Program-made: the position numbers and the translations under genes
Shown: positions 22,523-32,968 of the stretch, one piece after another
Layout of the letters: the number at the start of each line of letters is the position of its first letter
Numbering within the stretch: position 1 is the first letter of the stretch
The notes under the pieces: model-generated
Databases searched by the model: none
Told to the model about the DNA's origin: nothing
The model's input: only the letters and a program-made list of their open reading frames with translations
From: a candidate division FCPU426 bacterium
GTDB lineage: Bacteria > Oederibacteriota > Muellerivitia > Muellerivitales > Muellerivitaceae
DNA length: 64,000 nucleotides
Assembly: GCA_963771075.1 (NCBI GenBank)
Contig: CAVYSE010000009.1
Span: 79,383 to 143,382 of the forward strand
Direction: 5' to 3'

Positions 22523-23290
22523 TTAATCAACTTTCGTTCCGTAAAGGGTTAACATCTCTTCCAGCGTTTCCGCGTCGATTTCCGGAGTGATCTTTCCCGC
22601 CATGGTGAAGGAGATATGGTGTTTTTCCTCGGAAACCACGATGGCCAGTGCGTCGGTTTCCTCGCTGATCCCAACGGCAGCCCGGTGCCGGGTGCCATAG
22701 GATTTGCTCAGGTGTGGGTTCTGGCTCAAGGGCAGGATACATCCCGCCGCCGCGATCTTTCCGCCCCGGATGATTACTGCCCCGTCATGCAGGGGAGAAG
22801 GGGGGGTGAAGAGGGTGACGAGAAGCTCGCTGGTGACATCCGCCTCAATCTTGGTGCCGCTCTCAAAAACGCTTTGGAGGCTGTCATCCCGCTCGATGAC
22901 CAGAAGCGCGCCATGCTTCGCCTTGACCAGTTCCCGCACGGCCGTGGTGATCTCTTTAAACATCAAAGCGTCGCCCTGGAAAACCCCGCCCCAGAACCCC
23001 CCTCCCCGTCCGATCTGGGTGATGATACGGCGCAGATCCGGTTGAAAAACCACCACGAAGGCGATGATGAAAAAAGGGCCCAAGTTACTCAGAAGCCAAT
23101 CCAGTGTGAGAAGGTGAATTTGGCTGGCGGCGACCGTGATCACGAAAAGAATGGTAAAACCCAGGACAATCCGGGTGGCTCGCACCTCCCGGATTAACAA
23201 GAGTAATTGATACATCAAATAGGCGACCACCAATATGTCCAGGAGGTCAAGCCAACGTATATTGGCCAGCAAAGCGGACAAATTGTTCAT
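22523..23290 (-). CDS. cdaA: diadenylate cyclase CdaA (3 TM + DAC domain)
   Basis: LDILVV, VVFQPDLRR, PLHDGAVII (DGA) and GTRHRAA (RHR) catalytic motifs. Confidence 0.95.
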   Translation of the reverse strand: MNNLSALLANIRWLDLLDILVVAYLMYQLLLLIREVRATRIVLGFTILFVITVAASQIHLLTLDWLLSNLGPFFIIAFVVVFQPDLRRIITQIGRGGGFWGGVFQGDALMFKEITTAVRELVKAKHGALLVIERDDSLQSVFESGTKIEADVTSELLVTLFTPPSPLHDGAVIIRGGKIAAAGCILPLSQNPHLSKSYGTRHRAAVGISEETDALAIVVSEEKHHISFTMAGKITPEIDAETLEEMLTLYGTKVD

Positions 23291-24264
23291 GGCCTGTTCA
23301 AACCCCGGTCGTTACGGATGGCATCGGCTATTTTTACCACACGGACCATGCTTTGAACATCATGAACCCTCACAAAATCAGCCCCCGCGAGGACACCCGC
23401 CGTAACGGCGGCGGCCGTGGCCTCAAGGCGCTCTGCCGGAGGCAGGCCACCAGTGAGCTGACCAAGAGTGGATTTGCGGGAGGGAGCATATAGCAGGGGC
23501 AGGCCCAGAGCCTTGAATTCCCAAAGCCGGCGGGTAAGCTCGATATTGTGCCAGGGGGTCTTGCCGAACCCGAAACCCGGGTCGAGTATGAGCTTTTCCC
23601 GGGAAATCCCCTTGGATTCGGCGAAGGCCGTCCTTTCCCTGAAAAAGGCCAGGAGCTCTCCAATGAGATCGCCGTACCTGGGATTTTTTTGCATGGTCCT
23701 GGGCTTGCCTTTCATGTGCATGAGAACGACCCGGACCCCCAGCCTGCTTACGATGGTGGCCATTTGGGGATCGGCCCGCAGGGCTGAAATGTCATTCACC
23801 AGGCCGGCTCCCTCCCTCACCCCCCTCAAGGCCACCTGAGCCTTGGTGGTATCGATCGATAAGGGCAACTTAATTTTCTTGGCTAAAAGTCGGATAACGG
23901 GAAGGACCCTTTTGATCTCCTCCGCGAGGCTAACTCCTTTGGAGCCAGGCCGGGTCGATTCGCCCCCCACGTCGATCATGTCCGCTCCCTCGGATTGCAT
24001 TTGAAGGGCCCGGTCCAAGGCCGCCTGGGGATCCTGGGACTTTCCCGCATCTGAAAACGAGTCGGGGGTCACGTTGAGGATGCCCACCACCCGGGTGCGT
24101 TTCGGGATCCGGGCGAAACCCTTGAGGCCTATACGGATTTGTTCGGCAAGTTGGGGGTGGGTGGTGGAGAGACTCCGGGCAATCTTTAAATTTTTTCCAG
24201 AGGTGGCGGACCAATGAATTGGAGGGGTGGCGTCTTTGAAGAATAAACCGCATTTGATCACCAA
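23287..24264 (-). CDS. folP: dihydropteroate synthase (start uncertain; possible indel in G6 run near 24270, alternative ATG 24338)
   Basis: GILNVTPDSFSD, DVGGESTRPG, SIDT, DPGFGFGK, SRKS, VRVHDV. Confidence 0.93.
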   Translation of the reverse strand: MVIKCGLFFKDATPPIHWSATSGKNLKIARSLSTTHPQLAEQIRIGLKGFARIPKRTRVVGILNVTPDSFSDAGKSQDPQAALDRALQMQSEGADMIDVGGESTRPGSKGVSLAEEIKRVLPVIRLLAKKIKLPLSIDTTKAQVALRGVREGAGLVNDISALRADPQMATIVSRLGVRVVLMHMKGKPRTMQKNPRYGDLIGELLAFFRERTAFAESKGISREKLILDPGFGFGKTPWHNIELTRRLWEFKALGLPLLYAPSRKSTLGQLTGGLPPAERLEATAAAVTAGVLAGADFVRVHDVQSMVRVVKIADAIRNDRGLNRP

Positions 24265-24345
24265 ATCGGGGGGAGAGAACCACCTAAAGGAGGGGCGGGT
24301 TGAAGGATGCGGAAGGAAAAGCCGGTTTCAGACCCCATCCTTCGC

Positions 24346-24903
24346 TTATTTCCCGATCAACTGGAGGGCTTCCATGCGGGTGGCCACGTTCTTTTCAAAT
24401 ACGCCCCGGACTGCCGAGGTGGTCATCATAGCTCCGGGCTTTTTGACACCTCGCATGGTCATGCAAAGATGTTGGGCTTCCACGATCACCAGGGCGCCAT
24501 GGGGTTTCAATGACTTCATGAGGGTATCGGCGACCTGGGTGGTAATGCGTTCCTGGAGTTGGGGCCGGCGGGAAACGGTCTCCACGATGCGGGCCAGCTT
24601 GGAAAGCCCGCAAAGACGGTCCTTGCGGGGAGCGTAGGCCACATGGGCCTTGCCGTAAAAAGGAAGCAAGTGATGCTCGCACATGGAATAAAAGGGGATG
24701 TCCCTGAGGATGACCATCTCCTCATGGCCCTCGGTCTCAAAGATGGTGACCAGTTCTTGGGGATCGACCTCCAGGCCTGAAAAGACCTCCTCGTACATCT
24801 TGGCAACGCGTTTGGGAGTATCCCGCAAGCCTTCCCGGTCGGGGTTCTCACCCAAACCGATTAAGAGTTCCCGGATGGCCTTCTCGATGCGGGGCTTATC
24901 CAA
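24346..24903 (-). CDS. folE: GTP cyclohydrolase I
   Basis: [42 protein letters not shown]. Confidence 0.97.
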   Translation of the reverse strand: MDKPRIEKAIRELLIGLGENPDREGLRDTPKRVAKMYEEVFSGLEVDPQELVTIFETEGHEEMVILRDIPFYSMCEHHLLPFYGKAHVAYAPRKDRLCGLSKLARIVETVSRRPQLQERITTQVADTLMKSLKPHGALVIVEAQHLCMTMRGVKKPGAMMTTSAVRGVFEKNVATRMEALQLIGK

Positions 24904-26840
24904 TGATGCGCCCTTCCATGGCCTGGGAGGGGGCGGGCTGGGGGGTCAAGGTCGTACCCGCCGGTGCGGGGCTAGCGCCTGGAGGTGGTTCGGGAGCGGG
25001 CGGAGGCGTGGGGGCCTTGGGGGCCAGGGGCTTCATTTTTTTCCCGGCCAGGATCAAATCGACCTCGCTGGCGTCGAGCACTTCCCTTTCCAGCAGGGCC
25101 TCGGCCATGATCTTCAAATATTTTCGGTTCTTCTTCAGGATGACCATGGCCTGCCGGTGGCAGGATTCCACGATTGCTTTGACCTCGTCATCGATGGACT
25201 GGGCGGTTCTCTCGGAATAATTTTTTTCCTTCATCAGGTCCCTGCCGATAAAGACCATGTCGTCCTTGCTGCCCAGGGTGACCGATCCCAACTTCTCGCT
25301 CATGCCGTACTCGCAGATCATGGCATGGGCGATCTGGGTAGCCCGGCTCAAGTCGTTTCCCGCGCCCGTTGTGACATCCCCAAAAACCAATTCCTCCGCC
25401 GTGCGCCCGCCCAATAGAGCCGTAATGCTATTCAACAGCTCGGTTTTGGAATTCAGAAACTTTTCCTCATTTGGCAGGTACCAAGTGGCCCCCAGGGCCG
25501 CGTGGCCCCGCGGAATGATGGAAACCTTATGAACGGAATGGGACTTGTCGATCATCTTTCCCACGATGGTGTGGCCCGATTCGTGGTAGGCCACGATCTT
25601 CTTTTCGGCGTCGGTAATGACGCGGGTACGCCTTTCGGGACCGGCCATGACCCGGTCGATGGCCTCCTCAAGTTCGGATAATTCCACGGCCTTTTTGTTC
25701 CGCCGGGCAGCGAGCAGGGCGGCCTCATTGATCAAGTTGGCGAGATCCGCGCCGGAGAAACCGGGCGTGCGCTTGGCGATGACGGATAAATCCACTCCCT
25801 CGGCCAGTTTCACGACATTGGAATGCACCTTGAGGATCGCTTCCCGGCCACCGAGGTCGGGTCGGTCCACCACGATCTGGCGGTCAAACCGGCCGGGCCT
25901 TAATAAGGCAGGGTCCAGAACATCCATGCGGTTGGTGGCGGCAATGAGAATGACTCCGTTGTTGGTGTTGAACCCGTCCATTTCCACCAGCATGGCATTC
26001 AGGGTTTGTTCCCGTCTCGTCATGGCCCCCGCCGAGCCCCGCGCCCCTTTGGCGGCCTACCGCGTCGATTTCATCGATAAAGATGATGCAGGGAGCGTTC
26101 TTCTTGCCCTGCTCAAAAAGATCCCGTACCCGGGCGGCGCCGACCCCGACGAACATCTCCACGAAGTCCGATCCGGAAATAGAAAAGAAGGGAACTCCCG
26201 CCTCGCCCGCAACCGCCTTGGCCAAAAGGGTCTTTCCCGTTCCCGGGGGGCCCAAAAGAATGACGCCCTTGGGGATTTTCCCGCCAAGCTGTTGGTATTT
26301 CTTGGGGTCTTTGAGGAAGTCCACCACTTCCATCAATTCGGTCTTGGCCTCGTCTACCCCGGCCACGTCGGAAAAGGTGATCTTTTGGGAACCACTGGTC
26401 ATGAGCCGGGCACGGCTCTTTCCAAAGGCCAAGGCACCCCCGCCGCCTCCCTGGGCCTGTCGCATGGTGAAAAAGAAGAACCCGAGCAAAAGAAAAATGG
26501 GGCCGAATTGGAGGAAGATGGCCGTCCAAACCCCTTGCTTTTGGGGAGGTTGGGCGGTCACGGCCACATTTTGTTTCAAGAGAAGCTGGGTCAATTCAGG
26601 GTCATGGTCGTCCGGTTGGACCACGGTGAAATCTTCCCCGGTTTTGGTGGTTCCCAGGATCATGCGGTCCTCGGGATGGATATCGGCCTTTTGCACGTTC
26701 CCAGCCTGCACTTGGGCGACGAATTTGGAATAATCCCAGGGGTCCGTTTTTTTGGGGTGGCTCTGGGATTGCTGGATGAAATACATGAAGACCACGAAAA
26801 TGATCAGGAAAAGGGCGATGGTTTTATAATTCTGGCTCAA
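24896..26840 (-). CDS. ftsH: ATP-dependent zinc metalloprotease FtsH (1-nt insertion near 26015)
   Basis: Two [29 protein letters not shown] restored by deleting one [18 protein letters not shown]. Confidence 0.96.
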
Positions 26841-26998
26841 GGAAAACTCCTATCGTCGTTGAGGTGAGATCCCGCGTCTCGATAACCCTAGGAAGGTCAG
26901 GTGGGAGAAGCAAGGGCCGTATCATATCCGAGGGGCTTTTCCCTTTGCAAGAAGGCGGAAAACCAAGGAATTCGCGAAAAAGAAGTGCTTGGCAAAAG

Positions 26999-27988
26999 TC
27001 ACTTTAACTTGGTTTTCTTGAGATAGACTTCCTGGCCCGAATGCCCTGCGATGAGTCCGAATCCCAAATCCCGGGGACCTTTTCGATCAAGGGACCAGAC
27101 CCACCGGGCCTCCTCCAGCCTTTCAAAAGAAAGACCCCGGGCTTGGGGATCCAACCGTTCCAATTCCAGGCGAATCAATCTCCTTTGAATGGGAAGGGCG
27201 AGTAATTGGAATTTTCGACGAGAAAGGAAATATTGATTGCGGGTTCTTTTTCCTCCCAGCCGAATGCATAAATCCTCCACCCATTTTCCCATCCAGGCAT
27301 CCTCGCTGGAAAGGATTTCCCCCGTTTGGGCCAATTTGCTGTTTAAGTTCTTGTTCCATCGGGAGAGAAAGGGGAGAACCTCATGCCGGATCTGGTTCCG
27401 GCGGTAAAGGGTTTTGGCGTTGGAAGTATCCTCCCGCCAAGGGATGTTCCGCTTGTGCAAATACTTCCTCAAATCGTCTTTCGAGAAATGAAGGAGGGGA
27501 CGCCAGATCCTCAAGGGAGTCGCGGGGTGTAACGTCAACTCCTGGACGGGGCGCAAACCCGAAAGGCCCCTGGGGCCGGCGCCCCGCAACAAGCGATCCA
27601 AAATGGTCTCCGCCTGGTCCTCCAAATGGTGTGCGACCGCGACTCCCCAAGCTTTTTCCTTTTTGACCAAAGATGAGAAAAAACCATACCGAACATCCCG
27701 GGCCCATTCCTGCAAGGTATAACCGGATCTCTTTCCGATCCTCGCCCGCAAAACACGGCAGGGCAAACCCCATTCCCTCGCGAGGTTTCTCACGTGCTCT
27801 TCATCCTTTTGTGAATCCTTACCTCTTAAACCATAGTTGACATGCGCCACCCATAATCTTTTGGGAAAGCGGGGAAGGTTTTCGGTCAGGAGGGAAAGCA
27901 AGGCAAGTGAATCCGAACCTCCGGATACCCCCACTACAAGCCTAGCGGAAGAGGAAAAAGGTGCGGTTGGAAAGGTCGTTAAGTTCAT
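26999..27988 (-). CDS. tilS: tRNA(Ile)-lysidine synthetase (short form)
   Basis: GVSGGSDS PP-loop, HVNYGLRG, AHHLEDQAET, RPLL, EDTSN, RNQIRH; upstream of ftsH. Confidence 0.93.
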   Translation of the reverse strand: MNLTTFPTAPFSSSARLVVGVSGGSDSLALLSLLTENLPRFPKRLWVAHVNYGLRGKDSQKDEEHVRNLAREWGLPCRVLRARIGKRSGYTLQEWARDVRYGFFSSLVKKEKAWGVAVAHHLEDQAETILDRLLRGAGPRGLSGLRPVQELTLHPATPLRIWRPLLHFSKDDLRKYLHKRNIPWREDTSNAKTLYRRNQIRHEVLPFLSRWNKNLNSKLAQTGEILSSEDAWMGKWVEDLCIRLGGKRTRNQYFLSRRKFQLLALPIQRRLIRLELERLDPQARGLSFERLEEARWVWSLDRKGPRDLGFGLIAGHSGQEVYLKKTKLK

Positions 27989-28011
27989 GGGGATCAGGGG
28001 AACACGTTAAA

Positions 28012-28088
28012 TGGTAGCGGGGGAGAGACTCGAACTCTCGACCTACGGATTATGAAACCGTTGCTCTAGCCAGCTGAGCTACCCCGCC
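28012..28088 (-). tRNA. tRNA-Met (CAT), probably elongator
   Basis: GGCGGGGTAGCTCAGCTGGCTAGAGCA-ACGGT-TTCATAA-TCCGT-AGGTC-GAGAGTTCGAGTCTCTC-CCCCGCTACCA; 77 nt with encoded CCA. Confidence 0.93.
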
Positions 28089-28129
28089 ATCCGGTCGGTG
28101 ATTTCCCGGAGTTCCGGGAAGGGCAAGTG

Positions 28130-28158
28130 AATATGCCAATCTTCTTTTGACTTGTCAA
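28130..28158 (-). promoter_or_regulatory. sigma70 promoter for tRNA-Met (and probably tilS)
   Basis: TTGACA-N17-CATATT about 40 nt upstream of the tRNA. Confidence 0.65.
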
Positions 28159-28247
28159 GGACGCCCCTTTGGGATGTCCCATGGGGCGGGGGAAATCAAT
28201 CCGCCCAAGTACAAGTTTGAAACCATCCGGCCATTTGTTTTTGGGGG

Positions 28248-28685
28248 TTAACGATTCTTTTCTTTGCGTTCGTGATAAGCTTTTTTTAGCTCTTGGGCGA
28301 TCACCGGATTCTTCATCAATATCTTGTCGAAATCGTATTTTTGGAGGATGAAAAGCTCGGTCACTTCCTCCGCAATGATGGTAGCGCTTCGGGGTTCGTT
28401 GGAGATCAGCGCCATTTCCCCGAAAAATTCGTCGGTTTGAAGATCCGCAACCTTCAACTTTTTATTAAAGGTTTTCTTGATCCACACTGAAACCTTTCCC
28501 GAAGCAATGAGATAAAAAGCGTCGCCGGGATCGCCTTGTTTGATAATTTCATAACCTTTTTGAACCCGGATCATACGCAGGTGGCCGATCAACTCGTCCA
28601 ACTCGTTCATTTTCAAGGACTGGAAGAAATAGGTATTCTGGAGAACGTGGCGAAGGCGGCTGAAAATAGAGGCCGAGTCGGACAT
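28248..28685 (-). CDS. stand-alone cyclic-nucleotide-binding domain protein
   Basis: IIKQGDPGDAFYLIASGKV, FFGEMALISNEPRSATI; no HTH. Confidence 0.9.
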   Translation of the reverse strand: MSDSASIFSRLRHVLQNTYFFQSLKMNELDELIGHLRMIRVQKGYEIIKQGDPGDAFYLIASGKVSVWIKKTFNKKLKVADLQTDEFFGEMALISNEPRSATIIAEEVTELFILQKYDFDKILMKNPVIAQELKKAYHERKEKNR

Positions 28686-28758
28686 GGAGTGCTCCCTCAA
28701 AAACGAGTGTGGATATATTCAGTATATCAAAAAGGATTGGGCAGTTGGAGAAAAGGGA

Positions 28759-29646
28759 TTATCCCTTAGAGCCCTTAAACCATCCCCTATCTTTCAATCG
28801 GGAAAGGACCTCCCCCACGGGAGCGCTTTTATTCATCACATAAAAGTGAATACCGGGTGCTCCCTTTTCAAGCAAATCAGCGCATTGCCGAACGGCGTAA
28901 TCAATTCCTTTGCGAAGAACGTAAGCCTTATCCTCCCGATAAGGTTTCAAACCTTCCGACAATTCGACGGGGATCCGGGTTCCAAAACTCCCGATTTTTT
29001 CCACCTGAGAGTAATCCGTGAGCAACCATAGGCCGGGCTGGACCGGAGCTTGAACGCCCAAAGCCCTCAGTTCTTGGACATATCGAAAATAATCTTGATT
29101 GTCGAAAAAAAGCTGGGTAACGACAAATTGCCCTCCAGCCTCAATTTTGCGTTTCAGGTTGATCCGGTCCCGAATCGGACCTCCCGCCTCGGGATGACCT
29201 TCGGGATATCCCGCCACCCCCAGACAGAATCCATAACCTTCTCCCCGGATGAACCGTAATAATTCCTCGGCGTAGCGGAACCCGTCTGGAGCCGGCTTGA
29301 AATCCACTTGCCCCTTGGGCGGATCGCCCCGAAGGGCCAAAATATTCTCCAATCCAGCGTCCCGCACTCGGGTCAGAACCTGTCGGATTTCCTCCTTGGA
29401 ATGCCCCACACAGGTGAAATGCATAAGGGGGAGAATATCCAAACCTTTCAAACGTACCGCGATATCGTAGGTCAAGTCCCGGCTGGAACCACCCGCCCCA
29501 TAGGTGATGGACATGTAATCGGGAGCCAATTGCTTGAGTTCTAAAACAATTCGGAAAAGTTCTTCCAAGTTGCCGTCCCTTTTCGGGGGAAAAAGTTCGA
29601 ATGAAAGAACTGGCTTATGTTGGTTGAATAAATCGATGATTTTCAT
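28759..29646 (-). CDS. metF: 5,10-methylenetetrahydrofolate reductase
   Basis: SFELFPPK, SITYGAGGS, HFTC, LALRGDPP, GYPEGHPE, TQLFFD, GIHFYVMN. Confidence 0.96.
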   Translation of the reverse strand: MKIIDLFNQHKPVLSFELFPPKRDGNLEELFRIVLELKQLAPDYMSITYGAGGSSRDLTYDIAVRLKGLDILPLMHFTCVGHSKEEIRQVLTRVRDAGLENILALRGDPPKGQVDFKPAPDGFRYAEELLRFIRGEGYGFCLGVAGYPEGHPEAGGPIRDRINLKRKIEAGGQFVVTQLFFDNQDYFRYVQELRALGVQAPVQPGLWLLTDYSQVEKIGSFGTRIPVELSEGLKPYREDKAYVLRKGIDYAVRQCADLLEKGAPGIHFYVMNKSAPVGEVLSRLKDRGWFKGSKG

Positions 29647-31961
29647 TGGATTCCCATCCGGAAGTTTTCACGTCTTTGGCCGAGCCAACAGAGTATAGCA
29701 AGATAAAGGAATACGGAAATCAGAGTGACGACCCATCCGACGGAATAGGCCGCAGGTTTATATTCCAGGAGGAAATGATGCTTTCCAGCGCCTAAGGGGA
29801 CGGCTTGGAGAAAATAATCCCCCGGAATTAACTCGTAAGATCTGGGTCCATCCTTATCAAGCGGAAGGGCATGCCACCCGCGGCTGTAATTGTCGCTCAC
29901 CAATAAAACAGCAGGCTTGGATATTTCCGCCCTTATTTCGATATGTTCCGAGTCAATTTCATTCCATGCTAGGGCGGCGTTTTTGGCCCCCCCATTCCCC
30001 GGGAAGGAAGGAATATTTTCCAATAACACTTTGTGAGCATAATCAAAATGAGGCTCGAAGAGGGCCTTTCGAGCAGTGGCGGGGTCAGGGAGAACATCCC
30101 ATTGATTGAATAATTGAAACCGAGCTACCCGAGGAAAAGACAGTTCCTGAAATTGAATCCCTTTTGCGTTTTCCACTAGCAAATATCTCAGCCGAACCAA
30201 ACCAAAGATTGGGGCAAATCGGGTAAAAACAGGCATGACGGAGAAGAGGCGATTATCATTCAAGCCCTGGCTGGAGGCCACAAACTGACCGTATCGCCGA
30301 AGGACCAAGGGTTCGTATTCCCAAATATCATCCCCGCCTCCCACTAAAGAGTCGGAAGAGGTGCCATAGATCCGATCCTCGCCTGAATGGGTCGCGTTAA
30401 ATTCTTTTAATGCGGCCATCTTTTGCTCCCAATCGGTCATTGGAAATGTTGGCCGGTTCATCCGGGCAAAGACAAAAAGTTCAATAACGCACAATAAAAG
30501 CACACCATTATTCCTCCAGGAATTTTCCAGGCTGAACAAAGTGCCTATCAGGGCGAAGAGCACGGATCCCACCAAAAGGTTCGCCGCAAGATGGATTCCC
30601 GAATCCCGGCCAAAAGTTACCCGCACAATGGGGTCCAACCCATTCATGGTTTTATTTAGCCAGGAGATTTGGGAAAAAAAATCAACCCAAATTCCCGGAA
30701 ATAATCGAAGAACCCCCAACAAACCCAAACCCAGAAATAAAAGGGCCAAAGACACAAGGCCAAGCGGACGGATCCATACACGCCAAGGCCTCACTTCATT
30801 AATGAGCGCATCCAAACCAGCTCCAGCGGACATCGCGATGATCAAAACCAAGAAAACACTCAACTTGCCCCATCCCCTAATCTCATTCGCGTGTGGCAAC
30901 CAACGGTAAAGAATGCCGAAGAGGGGCGTCGCCGGTCCCAAAGCCAAGATCAAAACGGCCAAAGATAAAACCAAGTCGACCTTGAGCCTGGGATTACCTC
31001 GCCGGGTCCAGCCGATGACCGCCAAAACAATGGCGGTCGCGCCCACATACAATGAAACTTCCCAGGGATACCACCTTCCCCAATAAAGACCCGGAACAAG
31101 TTTTCCAAAAAACTCGGGAAAGACCAACGTCCATAGGTTCTCAATGGGTAGGGAGAAGGAGGATGCCATTTTATAATCGATTGAAAGTCCACGCAGTCCC
31201 TCTTGCTCTGCCGCATATCCAGTAAAAAACTGGACAGCGGAAATTCCGACGGCCAGTAAAATAGAGCCCAAAACCAAAACCGCTTTCAATCCCCTTTGAC
31301 TGGTATGAATCATTCGTAAAAGGAAAAAGAGGATGGCGACTCCAAGTGTAAAAAAAACATACTGGGGATGCCCCGCCAAAATTTGCATGGAAAGTGCGAG
31401 GGTCAGAAGACTGGCCCAACCAAGTTGGGCCCTTTCCAGGATGCCTTCCAACCCCAGGAAGATCAGGGGAATCCAGGCCATGGCGGAAAGGTTAGGAAGA
31501 TGACCCGCGGACAAATGCAGGTAAAAGGCACCACTCCACATGAAGATCGCCCCTGAGGCGAAGGCTCCTCTCGGGGACAAACCCCGGAATCTAGCCCATG
31601 AATAGGTAAAACTTCCTGCAGCAATGATGTGAAAAACTAATATCCAATTAACCGCCTCGGCAAGGGGTAGCCAAAAATGGATCCAATTAGGCGGATATAA
31701 AAGAGCGGATTCAAAATTCCCAAAAAAGGGATTTCCGCAGAGATAATGGGGGTTCCATAACACCAGGTGTCCGGATTGAAGCTGGGAAAAACCATAGGAC
31801 CGCCAGGAAAGAAAGTGGAGAAAAAGATCCCCCTGTTCCGTGGAAAGAACCCTTTGTGGTTGAAAAAGAACATCCGAGAAAAGCAGAAGATTAAGGACTA
31901 ATATTCCGGACAGGCCCAGGAAATCGGCGGATTGAATTCGGATTCGCAGCAGTCGGCCCAT
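29643..31961 (-). CDS. YfhO-like polytopic membrane protein (putative GT-C), copy 2
   Basis: Same motifs as the 6662 protein (GDL, SGHLVLWNP, SALLYPPNW, GHLPNL..MAWIPL, GHPQY, SDNYSRGW); ORF extends to 32078 but ATG 31961 avoids overlap with folB. Confidence 0.8.
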   Translation of the reverse strand: MGRLLRIRIQSADFLGLSGILVLNLLLFSDVLFQPQRVLSTEQGDLFLHFLSWRSYGFSQLQSGHLVLWNPHYLCGNPFFGNFESALLYPPNWIHFWLPLAEAVNWILVFHIIAAGSFTYSWARFRGLSPRGAFASGAIFMWSGAFYLHLSAGHLPNLSAMAWIPLIFLGLEGILERAQLGWASLLTLALSMQILAGHPQYVFFTLGVAILFFLLRMIHTSQRGLKAVLVLGSILLAVGISAVQFFTGYAAEQEGLRGLSIDYKMASSFSLPIENLWTLVFPEFFGKLVPGLYWGRWYPWEVSLYVGATAIVLAVIGWTRRGNPRLKVDLVLSLAVLILALGPATPLFGILYRWLPHANEIRGWGKLSVFLVLIIAMSAGAGLDALINEVRPWRVWIRPLGLVSLALLFLGLGLLGVLRLFPGIWVDFFSQISWLNKTMNGLDPIVRVTFGRDSGIHLAANLLVGSVLFALIGTLFSLENSWRNNGVLLLCVIELFVFARMNRPTFPMTDWEQKMAALKEFNATHSGEDRIYGTSSDSLVGGGDDIWEYEPLVLRRYGQFVASSQGLNDNRLFSVMPVFTRFAPIFGLVRLRYLLVENAKGIQFQELSFPRVARFQLFNQWDVLPDPATARKALFEPHFDYAHKVLLENIPSFPGNGGAKNAALAWNEIDSEHIEIRAEISKPAVLLVSDNYSRGWHALPLDKDGPRSYELIPGDYFLQAVPLGAGKHHFLLEYKPAAYSVGWVVTLISVFLYLAILCWLGQRRENFRMGIQ

Positions 31962-32077
31962 AAGGCCATGGAAACAAAAGGGGTTAAAAGCGTCAATAGC
32001 TTTTTTCCGGCCCAACAGGCTAAATCGCATGGTTGGGCGTGCTTGGGAGAAAACTTTCGTGGGAGAAAATGCGCTCA

Positions 32078-32968
32078 ATGGACACCATCTCGATAAACGG
32101 CCTGAAGATTGCCTGCATCATCGGTATTTTTGACTGGGAAAGAAAGCAAAAGCAGGAGGTCTCCTTGGATTTGCGATTCCCCTGCGATAACCGCAAGGCG
32201 GCCCAAAAGGACCGGATCGAGGACACGGTTGATTACAAAAGGATCGCCAAGGCGACCATTACCTTTGTGGAAAAAAGTGAGTTCAAATTAGTAGAAACCA
32301 TGGCGGAGCGCTTGGCGGAAATACTGCTCCAGCAGTTCGCCCTAACCGAGATTTTCTTAAAAGTTTCAAAACCTGGAGCCCTAAGGGGTTCCCAAAACGT
32401 AGGAGTTGAGATTCATCGCTTCCACCAAGGCGTGACGGAAACTCCGTGGATGGCCTTGGGACTGGGGTCCAATATCGATCCCCGCCAGAATTTAAACTTG
32501 GCCCTGGAAACATTGGACCAGCGTTTTGGTCTTTTGGGTGCCTCCCATGTCTATGAGACCGCACCCGTCGGCTATACCCGTCAACCCGCTTTCTGGAACC
32601 TAGCCGCCGCCATTCATGATCCAGGCGGATCGATCCCGACCATCCGCAGAGAGCTCCAGGCTATCGAGAAAAGTTCAGGGCGGATAAAAACATCCAAGTC
32701 GAATGGTCCTCGAACTTTGGATGTGGATTTGTTGCTAAGAGGGGAACTAGTCAACCTTAAAGGGTCAAAGAAAATCCCACATCCCGATTTGGATAAAAAG
32801 GCGTTTGTTCTATTTCCGCTATTGGAAATGATGCCTTGGGGAACCCATCCCGTTTCCGGTTTGAGTTTCGTTGAAATGGCCGCGTCTTTTCAGGACAAAA
32901 AACAAAAAATCCGCAGGTTGGGAAGGGATACCTTGGCCCCCTATTATCCCCGGACCTTTATCCGCTAA
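32078..32968 (+). CDS. folK: bifunctional dihydroneopterin aldolase / 6-hydroxymethyl-dihydropterin pyrophosphokinase (FolB-FolK fusion)
   Basis: N-half IGIFDWER..Q, DTVDY, LVETMAE, VSKP (FolB); C-half LGLGSN, YETAP, PRTLDVDLL, IPHP (FolK). Confidence 0.92.
   Translation: MDTISINGLKIACIIGIFDWERKQKQEVSLDLRFPCDNRKAAQKDRIEDTVDYKRIAKATITFVEKSEFKLVETMAERLAEILLQQFALTEIFLKVSKPGALRGSQNVGVEIHRFHQGVTETPWMALGLGSNIDPRQNLNLALETLDQRFGLLGASHVYETAPVGYTRQPAFWNLAAAIHDPGGSIPTIRRELQAIEKSSGRIKTSKSNGPRTLDVDLLLRGELVNLKGSKKIPHPDLDKKAFVLFPLLEMMPWGTHPVSGLSFVEMAASFQDKKQKIRRLGRDTLAPYYPRTFIR

Noticed and set aside
28012..28088. tRNA-Ile2 identity because of adjacency to tilS
   Set aside because: The acceptor stem lacks C4:G69/C5:G68 and matches elongator Met tRNAs.
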